Origin: Octopus vulgaris
Taxonomy: Eukaryota
Length of the DNA stretch: 64,000 nucleotides
NCBI GenBank assembly: GCA_951406725.2
Contig: OX597815.1
Location: 136,648,001 to 136,712,000 of the forward strand
Reading direction: 5' to 3'
Part shown: positions 13,251 through 26,342 of the stretch, one piece after another
Position numbering within the stretch: position 1 is the first letter of the stretch
How the letters are laid out: every line of letters begins with the position of its first letter
The notes under the pieces: model-generated
Seen by the model: only the letters and a program-made list of their open reading frames with translations
Databases searched by the model: none
Told to the model about the DNA's origin: nothing
Made by a program: the position numbers and the translations under genes

Positions 13251-13354
<104 letters not shown>

Positions 13355-13453
13355 CACACACACGCTCACACACATACACGCGCGTAAAAGCAATCTGAAA
13401 GAAAAATCAGTATACATTAAAAAAATTCAGTTACTTTAATTGCATTAGTTGAT

Positions 13454-13838
13454 TTCTATATATATAAAACTTAACTTATGTGTATGTGTGTTTAAATTCC
13501 CGGCACATTTCATCCTAGCCAACAAATCGTAGAACCACCAAAATTGGGTCACTTAAAGTTTAGGCGAATGAAAATTGAACTGCGCTATATCTGCTCCGAA
13601 ATTCATCTCGCAAGTGCAAAAATCGATAATGAGTTTGTTTAGGCCTTATCCCATGCATTGAATAGTGAACTTTACTCAGTCAGCTGTTTGACGTGAACTG
13701 TGTTCACCACGCATGCAAGCATGCGTAAATTGCATGAAAAATAAAAAATCAAAGATATAAAAATGAATCGCCGTAAACATTGTAGAAATTCGGCAAAGAA
13801 ATGAATTTTCGGGATGAAGCCTGGAGGGTTTTTTCGTA

Positions 13839-13873
<35 letters not shown>

Positions 13874-13875
13874 TC

Positions 13876-13908
<33 letters not shown>

Positions 13909-13922
13909 TGTATGTATGTATG

Positions 13923-13990
<68 letters not shown>

Positions 13991-14484
13991 TGCATATATA
14001 TATATGAGAGTATGATAGAAGAAGGCTAACTCTTCCTTCCGTAGAAGAAAAAGTTCAAATCGGACCATGTTAACACCAAAAATTATTTACATCAAAAAGG
14101 TGCCTTTTTTCTATGAAAATCCCTATTTTTTACGATGTTTTGACTGCTGTGTCGTCATTTTTCGGTGTATTTCACTTAAAGAGAATAACAAGCTACATAC
14201 GGCCAAAGTTTTACTTTTCAAAAATTCCTATTCTAAAGGGTCTAAACAAATCGCAACGCCAGGCGATATTGCTAGTAGGCAATAAAACAAACGAACAATT
14301 GATTGTCTGTATGATGCTCAGAACTTTTATTTGGATATTGACAATAAAATAATGGTACATCACCGAAGCCGTTTGTAGTGTGCAGAAAATGACTTGTGCT
14401 TAAAATATGGTAACTAAAATGTGGCAATAAATGAGTAAAATAAATCACCACGATTATTGTTGTTCTGTTACCCAGCAGAACTAG
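13454..14484 (+). mobile_element. Possible non-autonomous Helitron interrupted by microsatellite
   Basis: Starts TCTATATATATAAAA followed by GT-rich tract; ends at a hairpin (GTTCTGTT..AGCAGAAC) adjoining CTAG-T. Confidence 0.35.
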
Positions 14485-14848
14485 TATCCAAGATATTCTA
14501 ATGCGACCTCACCTCCGTCTTTTCATAGATCAGTAGGACAGCAAAACAACAAACACTATGAGATAACAGCAAAGGCAAGGATATGTGAGCAACTCATCTG
14601 ATTCTGTGTTTTACTCGCACATGTTGCTTTGTTCGATCCCACAGAGCTGTAGTTTGAGTTACGTTCTTCTGGAATAACTTTGTGTTAGGATATAAGTTCC
14701 ATATAAATAAATGAGTCAAATATGATATGTTGAATTTGTTGAACTCCAGAACAATAAAGTCAAGACCTATATATGTACACTAGTAGAAAAATACAAATAA
14801 CAACTGATGGAATATTGTTCACTTACTGCAGCTGATTCAGAAATGTCT

Positions 14849-14921
<73 letters not shown>

Positions 14922-14955
14922 GCTACAATAATAATAATAATTATTATTATTATTA

Positions 14956-16310
14956 TAGCTACAATGTGTTGAACTGGAATATGAATGAAGTAAAGAATAT
15001 AGATAGAAAAATACGCAAGCTGCTGAGTTGTAATAGGATGCACCACCCAAAGGCAGACGTAGATCGCCTTTACCTTCCCAGAGCCCAAGGAGGTCGAGGC
15101 CTGATCCAATTTGAACTAGCTTACAAAACAACCATAATTGGACTGGCCAAATATCTCGAAATATCGAATGACTGGATGCTAAAGCTCGTGGAAAATCACG
15201 AGAGGCGAAAGAAGCTTCATTCTATCATAAAGGAAAGCAAAAAATTTGCTATTGATCTCGTGCAGGATACCCAAACTGAACAACCCGAGGGAAGTACGGC
15301 AACTATTGTTGCAAAGAAGGTGAAAATGATGGCAATGAAAAAAGCGCACGAGCAATTGGCTGATAGGTGGGAGGAGAAACCTCTGCACGGCAAATATGTG
15401 ACCCGCAGCAAACAAGCTGATGTTGACCAGAAGCAAACCCATCAGTGGCTACGGAGCTCAGGGCTAAAAGCAGAGAGCGAAGGTTTCATCCTGGCTGCTC
15501 AAGATCAAAGCCTATTAACCCGGAACTACCAGGCCAATGTGATGAAAAATGGAGCAGACCCAAAATGCCGATTCTGCAACGACATGATTGAAACAGTGGA
15601 CCACCTAATCTGTGGATGTAAAGTCTTAGCACCAGTGGAGTATAAATTAAGACATGATAGAGTTGGCCAATGTCTCCACTGGCTAATAAGTCGGCATTAC
15701 AATATCAAAACTGCCGACAAGTGGTATAATCACCACCCTGAGGCTGTAACTGAAGGAGAAAATGTAACCATTCTGTGGGACTTTCCAGTACATACAGACC
15801 GAACCATCAAGGCCAATAAACCAGATATTGTTGTGAAAGACCAAAACAATAAAGTTTGCTTATTGATCGACATGAGCATCCCCTGTGATCATAATATCTC
15901 AGCGAAAGAGTTTGACAAGCTCAGAAAATATAAAGACCTACTCATTGAAATTGAGAAAATGTGGCATCTCAAGGCGGTTATAATACCAGTGATCGTAGGA
16001 GCACTAGGAATGATCAAGAAGGGAACCGAAAATTATATGAGAATGATCCCTGGCTTATCATCCCTGCAAGAAGTGCAAAAGATTGTCTTAACTGGTACAT
16101 CACACGTATTGGGAAGAGCATTGTCGATGTGAGAACTGTTGCTGCTCATGTATTTTAATTTAACTTTAAAAAAATTTTTTTTTAAATGAACGAACTATTG
16201 AGTTTGGTTTAATGGCCTACCAATGTATACTATGAGTTTCTTTGCCCTAGGAGTCGGGAAGACACTCGGCAAGAAATGGAAGCAAATTTGAAAGAAGAAA
16301 AAAAAAATAA
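14956..16310 (+). mobile_element. 5'-truncated R4/Dong-like RLE non-LTR retrotransposon in (TAA)n, ORF open to 16132
   Basis: HPKADVDRLYLPRAQGGRGL, LHGKY, AAQDQSL, CRFC..HLICGC zinc knuckle, RHD, KPDIVV..LIDMSIP..KLRKY (PD-D/ExK); (TAA)n on both flanks. Confidence 0.95.
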
Positions 16311-16753
16311 TAATAATAATAATAACAATAATAATAATATTGAATAGAATTATTACATCATGTAAGAAACTGTCTTCATCAGGTAAATATATTCACTTTT
16401 CACATCATGTCTGAGATTTAAGTACCAGAAACGCCGGAAATTATGGATCCGCACCAGAAGACGCACAAAAATCAGATCCTTAAATAGTCTAACCTACCAG
16501 TTCAGTAAAAGTGTTCATTTGCGCAAATCCCTTTTCCCACGTCAAAATTATAACTGTTTGTCAATATGAAAATCAGAATTATATTAAAAATTCCTATTAA
16601 ACTTACGACACGTGGATACGATAAACATGAGAGTGTGTGTGAGAGAGAGTTTGTGTGTGTGCGTGCGTGTGTTTTTGTGCACGTTTGTGCGTCTGTGTGT
16701 GTTCCTGTTTGTGTGTATGCATATGTACATGTATATATATAGAGAGGTAGAGG

Positions 16754-16829
<76 letters not shown>

Positions 16830-17774
16830 CGTAATGTGCCTTTATTTTTATGTGTATTATGTATATGTATTTATTTATTTGTACGTGTGAGCAACAGTAT
16901 ATGTGTGATGTGCAAGTGTATAACCTTGAGAATATAAAAACGAAATCATTTTTATCTACCTAATTTTTAAAATGGAATATCGAGAGCGTTGAACCCGTCT
17001 CTTTCTTGTTACTACTTTCATCATTTGCCCATATTTGAAATGCATGAAGTTTCACAAATTCGTTTATTCAAATGTGAGAAGATCCCCAAGATACGTTATT
17101 GATATTCCAAAATTGCAAGCCTTTGCTAATATCGATTACTAATTCTAATTAGATACGTCGTGATTGTAGTTCTGTAACCAAGAGTTTAAAAAAAAAATTC
17201 TCTTAACCAAATCATTAGAGCGTGATATTCTTTAACATTGCAATACTGAATAAAACATATTGACTGCGTTTAAAAAAGATATATGTGATTTTCTCTGAGC
17301 TTCAAAAGCCACGACCGGAGAATGGCGTGGAGATGAGTGGATATAACTGGTAAACGGGAATAAGAAATAGAAGTTGTTAGAATAAATACATTTGAATTTG
17401 TTTTTAATTATTTGGGAACTTTTATTTTATTTTGCTTTGAAAATTCCCTTCTTATCAAGAGATCGAACGCAATTTCGTAGAAGAAATAGGATATTACCAA
17501 GTGAATACATAGTTTTAGACCTGCGCAATCAAATGCAGCAGCTAATACAAAAACGGCAACAACACACATATAAAAATGCATCGCTTAATCCACTCAGCCT
17601 TCTCAGTATTATCAGCATTCCTCCTCAACATCATCGTCCCTATCGTCATCGTAGTCGTTTGTTGTGTCATGATGATCACCATTATCTCTATCATCATTAT
17701 CATCATCATCATCATCATCATTATCATCATTGTTGTTGTCGTGATCATCATCATCATCTTCATAATAATAATAA

Positions 17775-17935
17775 TTCTTTCTACTATAGGTACAAGGCCT
17801 GAAATTTGGTTGGGGTGGCTAGTCGATTACATAGACTCCAGTGTTTAACTGGTACTTATTTCATGACCCCGAAAGGATGAAAGGCGAATTAGAACTCGGC
17901 GGAATTTGAACTCAGATCGTAAGAAAGGACGAAGC
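17775..17935 (-). mobile_element. SINE family B
   Basis: AGGTACAAGGCCTGAAATT..GGTACTTATTTCATGACCCCGAAAGGATGAAAGGC..GGAATTTGAACTCAGA; adjacent to TAA repeats. Confidence 0.85.
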
Positions 17936-18039
17936 GCAACGTGATTGCAATAGGTATTTTATTAGTTTGAACGATATTTCGACAGCTTGCCTGGCTCTGT
18001 CGAGTTCAAAAGAAAAGTATTACACAGAAATTCAAACTT

Positions 18040-19920
18040 ATATGGACGCAAAAAAATTCTGCCTTCCCACGTTGATAGAATGACATCATCAGTCTTCAAT
18101 TATCAATTTTACAACTGGCAAAGGGAAAAAGACAAAAAAAACAAGAAAAAAGAGAAAGAGTAGAAAAAGAAACAGAAGAAGAATGTTTAGTCAAACAGTT
18201 TTTTGTAAATATGACGAAATTCCCTGTCATTTTATTCATTCCTTCGGGGCATGATGTCAATAACTCACAAACATATTTATCTTCATGCAATTTGAGAACT
18301 GAAAGTGTAGTAGATTTAGAATATTGTTTTGAGAATATGCACTTTCAAGTCTTTTCTCAAAATTGCAGTCGTTTGATGTAAAATATTCGGCAAGTTCTGT
18401 GGAACTACTGCTATTAACCTGACATCATACATATGCTCATTGACTCTTTTGTTTAATTGTTCTGTTATACAACCAACATAAATCCGGTTTTGTACATTCT
18501 ACAATTCTCCAAATTGGAATCTCCACACGTCCCACCTTCCGTACAAATCAGGACGTTTCTGTTAGGATTCCTGATGGTGTCGACTTTACTCATGATGCTG
18601 TACAACGAACAGGACTTACCCCCTCTTGCGGCTGTTTTTCATGGTACAGCGGTCAGAAACTCCTATGTTAGTTTTCTTGGAGTCAGACGTAGAGGTTAAA
18701 AGTTCTATTATATTTTTATTCCGTGTAAAAGCTACAATAGGCGACTGAGGAAATATTTGTTTCAAACTAGAATATTTTTCCACGACATGTTGGTAAATTT
18801 CATGTCAAACTTTTGAAATGCCAGCGAAATTTCGGTGCCAGTTAATCACTAAAAGACTTCTGTCGTATATTTTACTTTGTTTGCTAAAATTAAGCGTTGA
18901 AGTTTGACTTTCCTTCCTAATCTTAACTACTTTGTTTGCAATTTCTTTTAATCGTAACCACGTTTGATATTATGGTATACAAAAGCATTTTGCATGTTTC
19001 CAGTAGTACTCTGTATCAGTACAAATCCGTTTCATCCTCAAAAATCGGGATTTTGGATTTGACCAAATTATATGATGTGGATGATCGGAGCGCCGGTGGA
19101 GATAAATATGAGAGGTCGTGAGCTTGCAAAATAACTATGTCATTATTCTTCCACCTGAAAGCTTAACTTTTGTGTCCGAAAACTCAAAACTAGCTTTTGA
19201 AAAACTAGACGTAAATTTTATGTTGGACGTAAAGCCATAGTTTTTAGCATAACAGCCAAAGAAATTCCAGAAGTTAATTAAACTATCCTGTGATCCTTCC
19301 CAGACAGCAAGACGTCATCAATAAACCGTAACCTGAGTATTGGATCATGACCATGTAGGGAGTTGAATGACTTCAGTAACTGTATTTCGAATTTCTTCAT
19401 GAAGACATTTGCGAAATTAAATGCCAATGGGGGTACCCATGGCGCAATTCCTTCTCTGGCGGTAAAAGTTTTGTGTGAACTTCATTGTGTTACTTTATAA
19501 TACAAAACTCAATCATCTACAGAGAAAATTAGATGGAATACTTTTGTTTGACCGTTTTTCGAAGCGTTCATGCATGCTGCCATCCTTCATCATGGTTAAT
19601 ATTAGGATATATGAAAGAAACCAAAAATCAATTTTTGACATTGCTCCAGTGCTTAGAAAATTTGTTGCCTTTAGACATAAAATCAAAAGTATCCCGAATA
19701 TAGGAACTCGATCTTTTTGCTACAGGAGCTAGGAGGCTGTCCAGCCACTCCGAAATTTTGGCTGTGCAACATTCATATCCGATGCAAATTTGGCGTTCAT
19801 ATAATTTTGAATTTCTGTTTATCACTTTTCATGTTGAACTTGACAAAGATAGGCAAGCTGTCTAAATATCGTTCAAACCAATAAAATACCTATGACAATC
19901 GCATCGCGTTCCTCGTATCG
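18040..19920 (-). mobile_element. Decayed Penelope-like element (RT, thumb, GIY-YIG)
   Basis: TAKISEWLDSLLAPVAKRSSSYIRDTFDF; FYRQ..CAMGTP/LAFNFANVFM; LRFIDDV; IKFT..FEFSDT..YLHRRSDHP; ELAEYF; C-terminal EDKYVCELLTSCPEGMN. Confidence 0.9.
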
Positions 19921-19959
19921 TCTGTTAACCTTATGAATAGTTACGTCAAATCATTTAAA

Positions 19960-20103
<144 letters not shown>

Positions 20104-20202
20104 GCATGACCAATAAACGAGTGTCACCTTGGTATGCTGGCTGTAGACAGCTGGCACTTTCCCTCATACCCAGCGAAATGAGCTGTGAGTTTTTATCACA
20201 TG
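20104..20202 (+). mobile_element. About 100-bp insert between long (TAA)n tracts, probable 3' tip of a TAA-targeting LINE
   Basis: Unique sequence flanked by pure (TAA)n on both sides. Confidence 0.45.
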
Positions 20203-20226
20203 ATAATAATAATAATGATGATGATG

Positions 20227-20296
<70 letters not shown>

Positions 20297-20324
20297 TAAT
20301 GATGGTAATGATGATGATAATGAT

Positions 20325-20530
20325 TCCAAATTTTATCACAAAGCCAGCAATTTTAGGGAAGATACTAAGTCGATTACACCGATCCCAGTGATTAACGAGT
20401 GCTTAATTTAACGACCCTGAAAGGATGAAAGAGAAATTCAATCTCTGAGGAATTTAACTCAGAAACGTGAAGACGGACGAAATGCCGCTAAGCATATGTC
20501 TCGATGTTCTAACGATTCTGCTTGCCAATA
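20325..20530 (-). mobile_element. SINE family B
   Basis: Homologous to the 31128-31340 copy; 3' end in TAA/TGA repeats. Confidence 0.8.
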
Positions 20531-21306
20531 TTAATCACCTACATTATCATCATCTGCATAGCCATTGTCGGCGGCTTTATCATCATCGTCATCGCCATCA
20601 TCATTGTCGTTGTTCTAGTAGTCGTCGTCGTTGTCGTTGTTGCAGTAGTCGTCGTTGTCATCATAATCGTCATCATCATTACGGGCTTGGATGTTGTCAC
20701 TTCCGAAAGTGTTATCGTCTATAACAATGTCACTACCTTAAATTCTGCTGAATATATTTTATTTTCCAATAATGCTAACCCTTTATTATTCCATCACTAT
20801 ATGTATACTCATAGTCTAGCTTTTGTACATACATTCACATGTATTCAAATGTATACATAAGTAGCTCGAGGTCATTTAATAACAAACAAGGCTTTGCTTA
20901 AGTAATGAGATATGATAAAACTAAAAGCTACAAGCAGTGTGATAAATGCAATCTGCTGTATCATTTTTTAAAACATGTAGTGTTATACCAACTAAATTAT
21001 AAATAATTTGTATGACGAGACAGAACAGCGGATCGCAGTCTCGTCTGCTTTTTTTAACGAAATGTATGTTGTTCAATTATGTTTTCAATTTCTGTTTCAT
21101 TCATAAAGTATGATACACACAAGTACCGGAGGTAATTTAATATATTATCCTATTTTTCAGAATGTAATTAAGAAATGAATATTGTCATTATGAAAACATG
21201 TGGAGAGGGTTGGCTGACAGAATCTGTAGAAAACCAGACACAGGTATAATGATGTGTTTCTGCTTTCAGTGGCCGAAGTGAAATTCAGCAAATATGTAGT
21301 CTGCTG

Positions 21307-21365
<59 letters not shown>

Positions 21366-21682
21366 ATATACATACATACATATATGTGTGTGTCAGAGAG
21401 AGAGAGAGAGAGAGGGTGCGTGTGTATTTGTGTATGTGTGCGTGTGTGTTTGTGTATGTGTGCGTGTGTGTCAGTGTGTATACATACATGAATACACATT
21501 AATACATATATACATGCAGGACAGCATAAATAATGGACAGCACATATTTCTTTATTGCAGTAAATTTGACTTACAGCTGTTTCCGGTATTCATTATAGAT
21601 TCGTTTACACTATCAGCACCCATTGATTGAATGAGAAGACTGAACGACCTAGAGAATTAACACTGCTCTCGTCAGAATTATT

Positions 21683-21773
<91 letters not shown>

Positions 21774-21959
21774 GGAAAGAACTAAGGATCCCAGTGTAAG
21801 AAATTAGTAAGCTTTAAGCAGTCTGTAGAATGTATAAGAAATAACTTTTAGGAATAGTAGTGGTTTATTAGCTTAGAATGTTGTAAATGTTTCCCATATC
21901 GAAGTTCGATACGCTGAAAAAAGTAAATTTAAAGTTCACCGTTAGCAACTGGGGTTGCT

Positions 21960-22985
21960 ATGTAAACGAATAAAAATCTAAATATATGAAAGGGGACAGG
22001 TAAAATCCAGGCTACATATGTTTCTTAGCTAGCAGACCCTCGGAAGTAGCAATTACTCATCGAGGGGTACTCCGATAGCTACTCATCAGGCCGAAGAAGT
22101 TACCTTAGTTAAATGAGAGTTACAATGTCTTCAAACGATCGCAAGTTTACTCGCAGGAGTTTTGATTGACATTGAGAGGAAAGCACGGAGTGAGAAAACA
22201 AAAAGCATAGGTGTGAAGAAATGATGTGTGGGAGTGGCTAAATATCTAAAGTTGTTAAGAACAAGAATAAGAATAAAGAAAAGGTGGGGTGGAAATGTAG
22301 GGGGTAAATTTAATGAGATTGAAGCTGGATAGGGGGGTCTTTGAGAATATAGGTTGAGGTCATTTACAATGTCAACTGTAAATAAGTTAATGAATATATT
22401 GTGACACCCTGTATATATATTTCAACAGAGTCAAACAAAAAAAAAGGGAAGAATTCAATGAGGAAGTGAGAAGCAAAAAATTTAGGAGTGGTAGTAAGTT
22501 GGAATTTGTTAGAAGAGAGGGAGAAAGAGGTGGGAGATAATGTTTCTGGTCAATAGAGAAACAGTAGTTCTCGGTAAGTTGGTAGCTTATCATTTAACAG
22601 TAAAATTATACAAGCCCATATTAGCGTGCACGCGCGCATTCTTTCTGTGCACTTGTAATATCTTGTAGGTGTGCATGCGTGCGTAGGTGTCTGTATATGC
22701 TCATGTGCAGAAAGAATATCTAGGGAGATCACCAGGTTAAGAACAAAAATATGATAAAATAATATAAAGGTAGTTGAAATGTCTGCTCACTCCCATATAT
22801 TATTTCTTCACAGCTATGCTTTCCATTTTCGATCAAACCTCCTGCAAATTAACTTGAGATCCTTTGACAACAATGTAACCTTCATTTAACTAAGAGATCT
22901 TTGGCCTGTTGAGTAGATAGTGAAGTACTCCTGGTTAAGTAATTAGTTTCTCTAACATATGTAGCCTAGATTTTGCCTGTTTCAT
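21960..22985 (-). mobile_element. PLE relic with 3' hammerhead and short inverted terminal copy
   Basis: GVSRHFN (PLE endonuclease-like) near 22770-22795; hammerhead at 22010-22092; AACATATGTAGCCTAGATTTTGCCTGT at 22954-22980 is an inverted copy of the ribozyme 3' flank. Confidence 0.6.
22010..22092 (-). ncRNA. Minimal type I hammerhead ribozyme with extended stem II
   Basis: GGC-CTGATGA-gTAGCTA..CCCTCG..CGAGGG..TAGCTAa-GAAAC-ATAT-GTA-GCC; palindromic stem III ACATATGT. Confidence 0.85.
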
Positions 22986-23094
22986 TCTCTAAATTTCGTG
23001 AATTTTATGTGTGTGTGTGTGCATGTATGTGTGTTTCTGTATGTGTGTGTGTTTCTGTATGTGTGTGTGTATGTAAACAACTCTACATATTGTA

Positions 23095-23479
23095 CTAGCA
23101 GTATCGCCCGGCGTTTCTCGGGTTTGTAAGGGAAATAACTATAAAGCATTTTTAGAGAGTTATAGCCCAAAAATAGCAAAAAAACGGAAAAAAGATGATG
23201 GTAAATTTTTTTTTGAGAATTAAAAAGGTCGAGTTGCGTCCCCTAGACAGTCTGTGGTTTGTGTTTCTGACTCTCGACCCCATGTCGAATTTATCAATTC
23301 TTTTCAGAACTGGGGGAACTTTTCAAAATTTTCGCTGCGTTAGGTTTGAATTATGACATTGGGCTATGTGTGTGTCAAGTTTCATCAGAATCGGTTGAAA
23401 GCCGTGGTCAGGGTGAGGGTACAACCTGACAGACACACAGACACACAGACAGACAAACTGCCGTTTATATAGAGAGAGA
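23095..23479 (-). mobile_element. Non-autonomous Helitron
   Basis: Minus strand A|TC start, 3' hairpin CCCGAGAAACGCCGGG then CTAG|T; no TSD. Confidence 0.85.
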
Positions 23480-23999
23480 TATGTGTGAGAAAATATCTGT
23501 GCATGCATATGTACGTGTACATTTGAATACATGGAGAATATGTGTATAATAGCTAGGCTGTGGTTTTCTGAGGTGATGATAAAGTCTTTGTAACACTTTA
23601 GAGACAAATACCACAAAGAACTTTCTTCGGAAACCACAGACCGTTTGTTTAGTTGTCATCGATTATATTCCCAAAACTTATATAAACCTGCATATATAGA
23701 TATACACCGGGCTTCCGTTTGATTTTTGATACCGAATCGTCCCCACCTTATAAGGAGTGATCAACCCAAAGTTATAGTAGAAAACTCTTGCCTAAAGTGC
23801 TGAAGTGTGTTAGCTGCAGAGTCATGTCTTCTAAGTACAATTTCTTAAAATTTTATCTACATATTATGGCAATAATATTGAAGTCCGTTTAAGTGCTGTA
23901 AATCAAGCTAAACATAATGAAGGGATGTATATTTATGTCAATATACGAAAATGAAATAGCATTAGATTAAAATAAAGATATGCATAGCATTTATAATGT

Positions 24000-24172
24000 A
24001 GGCGTGGGATTGGCTGTGTGGTATGTAGCTTGCTTACCAACCCTATGGTCCCGGGTTCAGTCCCACTGCGTGGCACGTGGCACCTTGGGCAAGTGTCTTC
24101 TACCATACCCTCGGGCCAACTAAAGCCTTGTGAGTGGATTTGGTAGACGGAAACTGAAAGAAGCCCGTCGTA

Positions 24173-24234
<62 letters not shown>

Positions 24235-24430
24235 TATATGTATGTATGTATGTGTGTATATGTTTGTGTGGCTGTGTTTACGTCCCTGTAACTTAGCGGT
24301 CCGACAAAAGAGATTGATAGAATAAGTACTAGGCTAACAAAGAATAAGTCCTGGGGTGGATTTGCTCGACTAAAAAGGCGGTGCTCCAGCATGGCCACAG
24401 TCAAATGACTGAAACAAGTAAAAGAGAATA
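24000..24430 (+). mobile_element. tRNA-derived SINE family A with internal (TA)n
   Basis: Head TGGCTGTGTGGT..GGTTCAGTCCC; tail GGCGGTGCTCCAGCATGGCCACAGTCAAATGACTGAAAC. Confidence 0.9.
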
Positions 24431-26122
24431 AAAGTGTATACAAGCGTATAAACATTCTGTATATTCGTAAGAAAAGTGTGGACAGAGATATCGGGAACAT
24501 ACGAGTGTCAAAATGCGAGTCCCGATTCTTTTTTTGTTAAAATTGTTTCACATTTACTTTCTTTCACTTGATACCGTAACGTTTTGTGTTCCAGTCCCCA
24601 TGAGGTTGAATATACTGTACATCCTCCTGGCCACGCTGAAATAAACATCAATCAAGCACCTGAGTAGGTTCTAACTGAATATAACCCTATTCTAAAACCA
24701 TCTTGGTTTCATGCAGATGTTAGAAAAGATTTTATGCAATATATTTTTATTGTGTTTATTTCATCCGCGCCAAAGAATATCTGTAATCGTAAAGATGGTC
24801 AACTTACACAGTTACAGTCGAAGACATTTGAGATATGTTATATGTCATGCAACTCTCCAAACTTGATTCATGAGTTGAAAATCCACCCTAACCTCTGCGG
24901 AAATGAAAAGAAAAGAAAAAGAAGGATAAGTAAAGAAACTTAAGTAGAAGAAAAATAACACAGTAATAATAAAGAAAAATAAAAAATAATAATATAACGT
25001 TACACTACAAATTGCAGAAATTATCTTTCTTTTGGCTTATTTTTTAACCTTGAAAATTGCTAAAATAAAACGTGAAAGTAACTTGTTGAGTGTAAAATCG
25101 AATATTATGACGCTGTTGTTAGATGTTATTCGCTAGCTTGCTGTTGATTTATAATCAAAGTTATGTTGCATATTCAGCTATGCATCCCTTTCTTTTGTTT
25201 TGATTCTTCTTTTCTTTTTTGACATTTTATTACATTCATAGCCAATGACAAAAAAACATGAAATCTCTTTCTATGACATAATCTGCTAAACTCAAATCAA
25301 TTTTGTTACAGACAAAATGTTTAACAAAATATATCATATTAACAATGAGTGTATCACATAACGTCAAGTCATATCCAGGTTGTTTATATATGTGTGTGAG
25401 TGAGAGAGACGGAATATGAGACAGTACACACAAAAGATATCGCGCTATTATCTTCAATATCCGTAGCATCAAGCTTTCTAACAGCTCCAACATAAATTTT
25501 CTTGTCATCTCAATTTAAACTTATATTGTTATATTCTTCAAGCTTCCTTATTTTTAAGTGCTGTAAAACGCGGCTATATATCAAGAAAATAACATTCGTT
25601 TCGTTTATGTACAAAAAAAAAACACCTTGCAGTATTTTCTCTTCTTCTTCACTAAATTGTTTCCTCCATTTCGCTCGCTCCTTTTTCCCAATTTAGTTTT
25701 GGCGTATGAGCATCAATTTTTTTTATATTAATATATTACTCACATATACAAATAGATAATTGGACCAGTATATATCTTGCTAACACAAAAGAAAACTTTT
25801 TTTTCGTTTATGTGCAAATGGGCGTAGCAGTATTTTCTCTTTCTTTTCTTTTAGCAGTTTCATTCATGCAATCCCCTTCACATATTTCTTTCTTTCTCTT
25901 TGCATATGAGCATCAATTTTGTATAGCTTTATATGTATACGTCTATAATATTCTCTCATATAGAAATATGAGAGAGAGAGAGAGTGGGGGGATATATAGG
26001 TTAAGTTCCGTGGTCAATAAATATACGTCTTTACAGTGTAGAACTACACACATTGCTATAAATGTAGTGAGAATGACATAGAGGAAGCGCTCAACATTCA
26101 AATACCCATTAACAAAAGTTTT

Positions 26123-26172
<50 letters not shown>

Positions 26173-26342
26173 CTCTCCCTTTCTCCTACTACTATTCTCA
26201 ATGCATTTGTTTAGGTGTATGACTGAGTAGAACGAAAAATGTGATTGCGTCATATATACATGCATATATATATATGTATATGTATATATATGTGTGTGTG
26301 TGTGGGTGTATGTGTATGTATGCATGTAGGTGTGTATATATA

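Noticed and set aside
14807-14955. N-terminal part of the 441-aa ORF (Met plus poly-Asn)
   Set aside because: Chance read-through of the (TAA)n target in the AAT frame into a truncated retrotransposon; no evidence of domestication
16345-16395. Minus-strand CTGATGA-AGA..TCT..ACATGATGTA
   Set aside because: GAAA missing and stem I unpaired
17542-17848. His-rich or Ile/Met-rich ORFs (also 20467-20860)
   Set aside because: Degenerate (CAT)n/(CGT)n trinucleotide tracts
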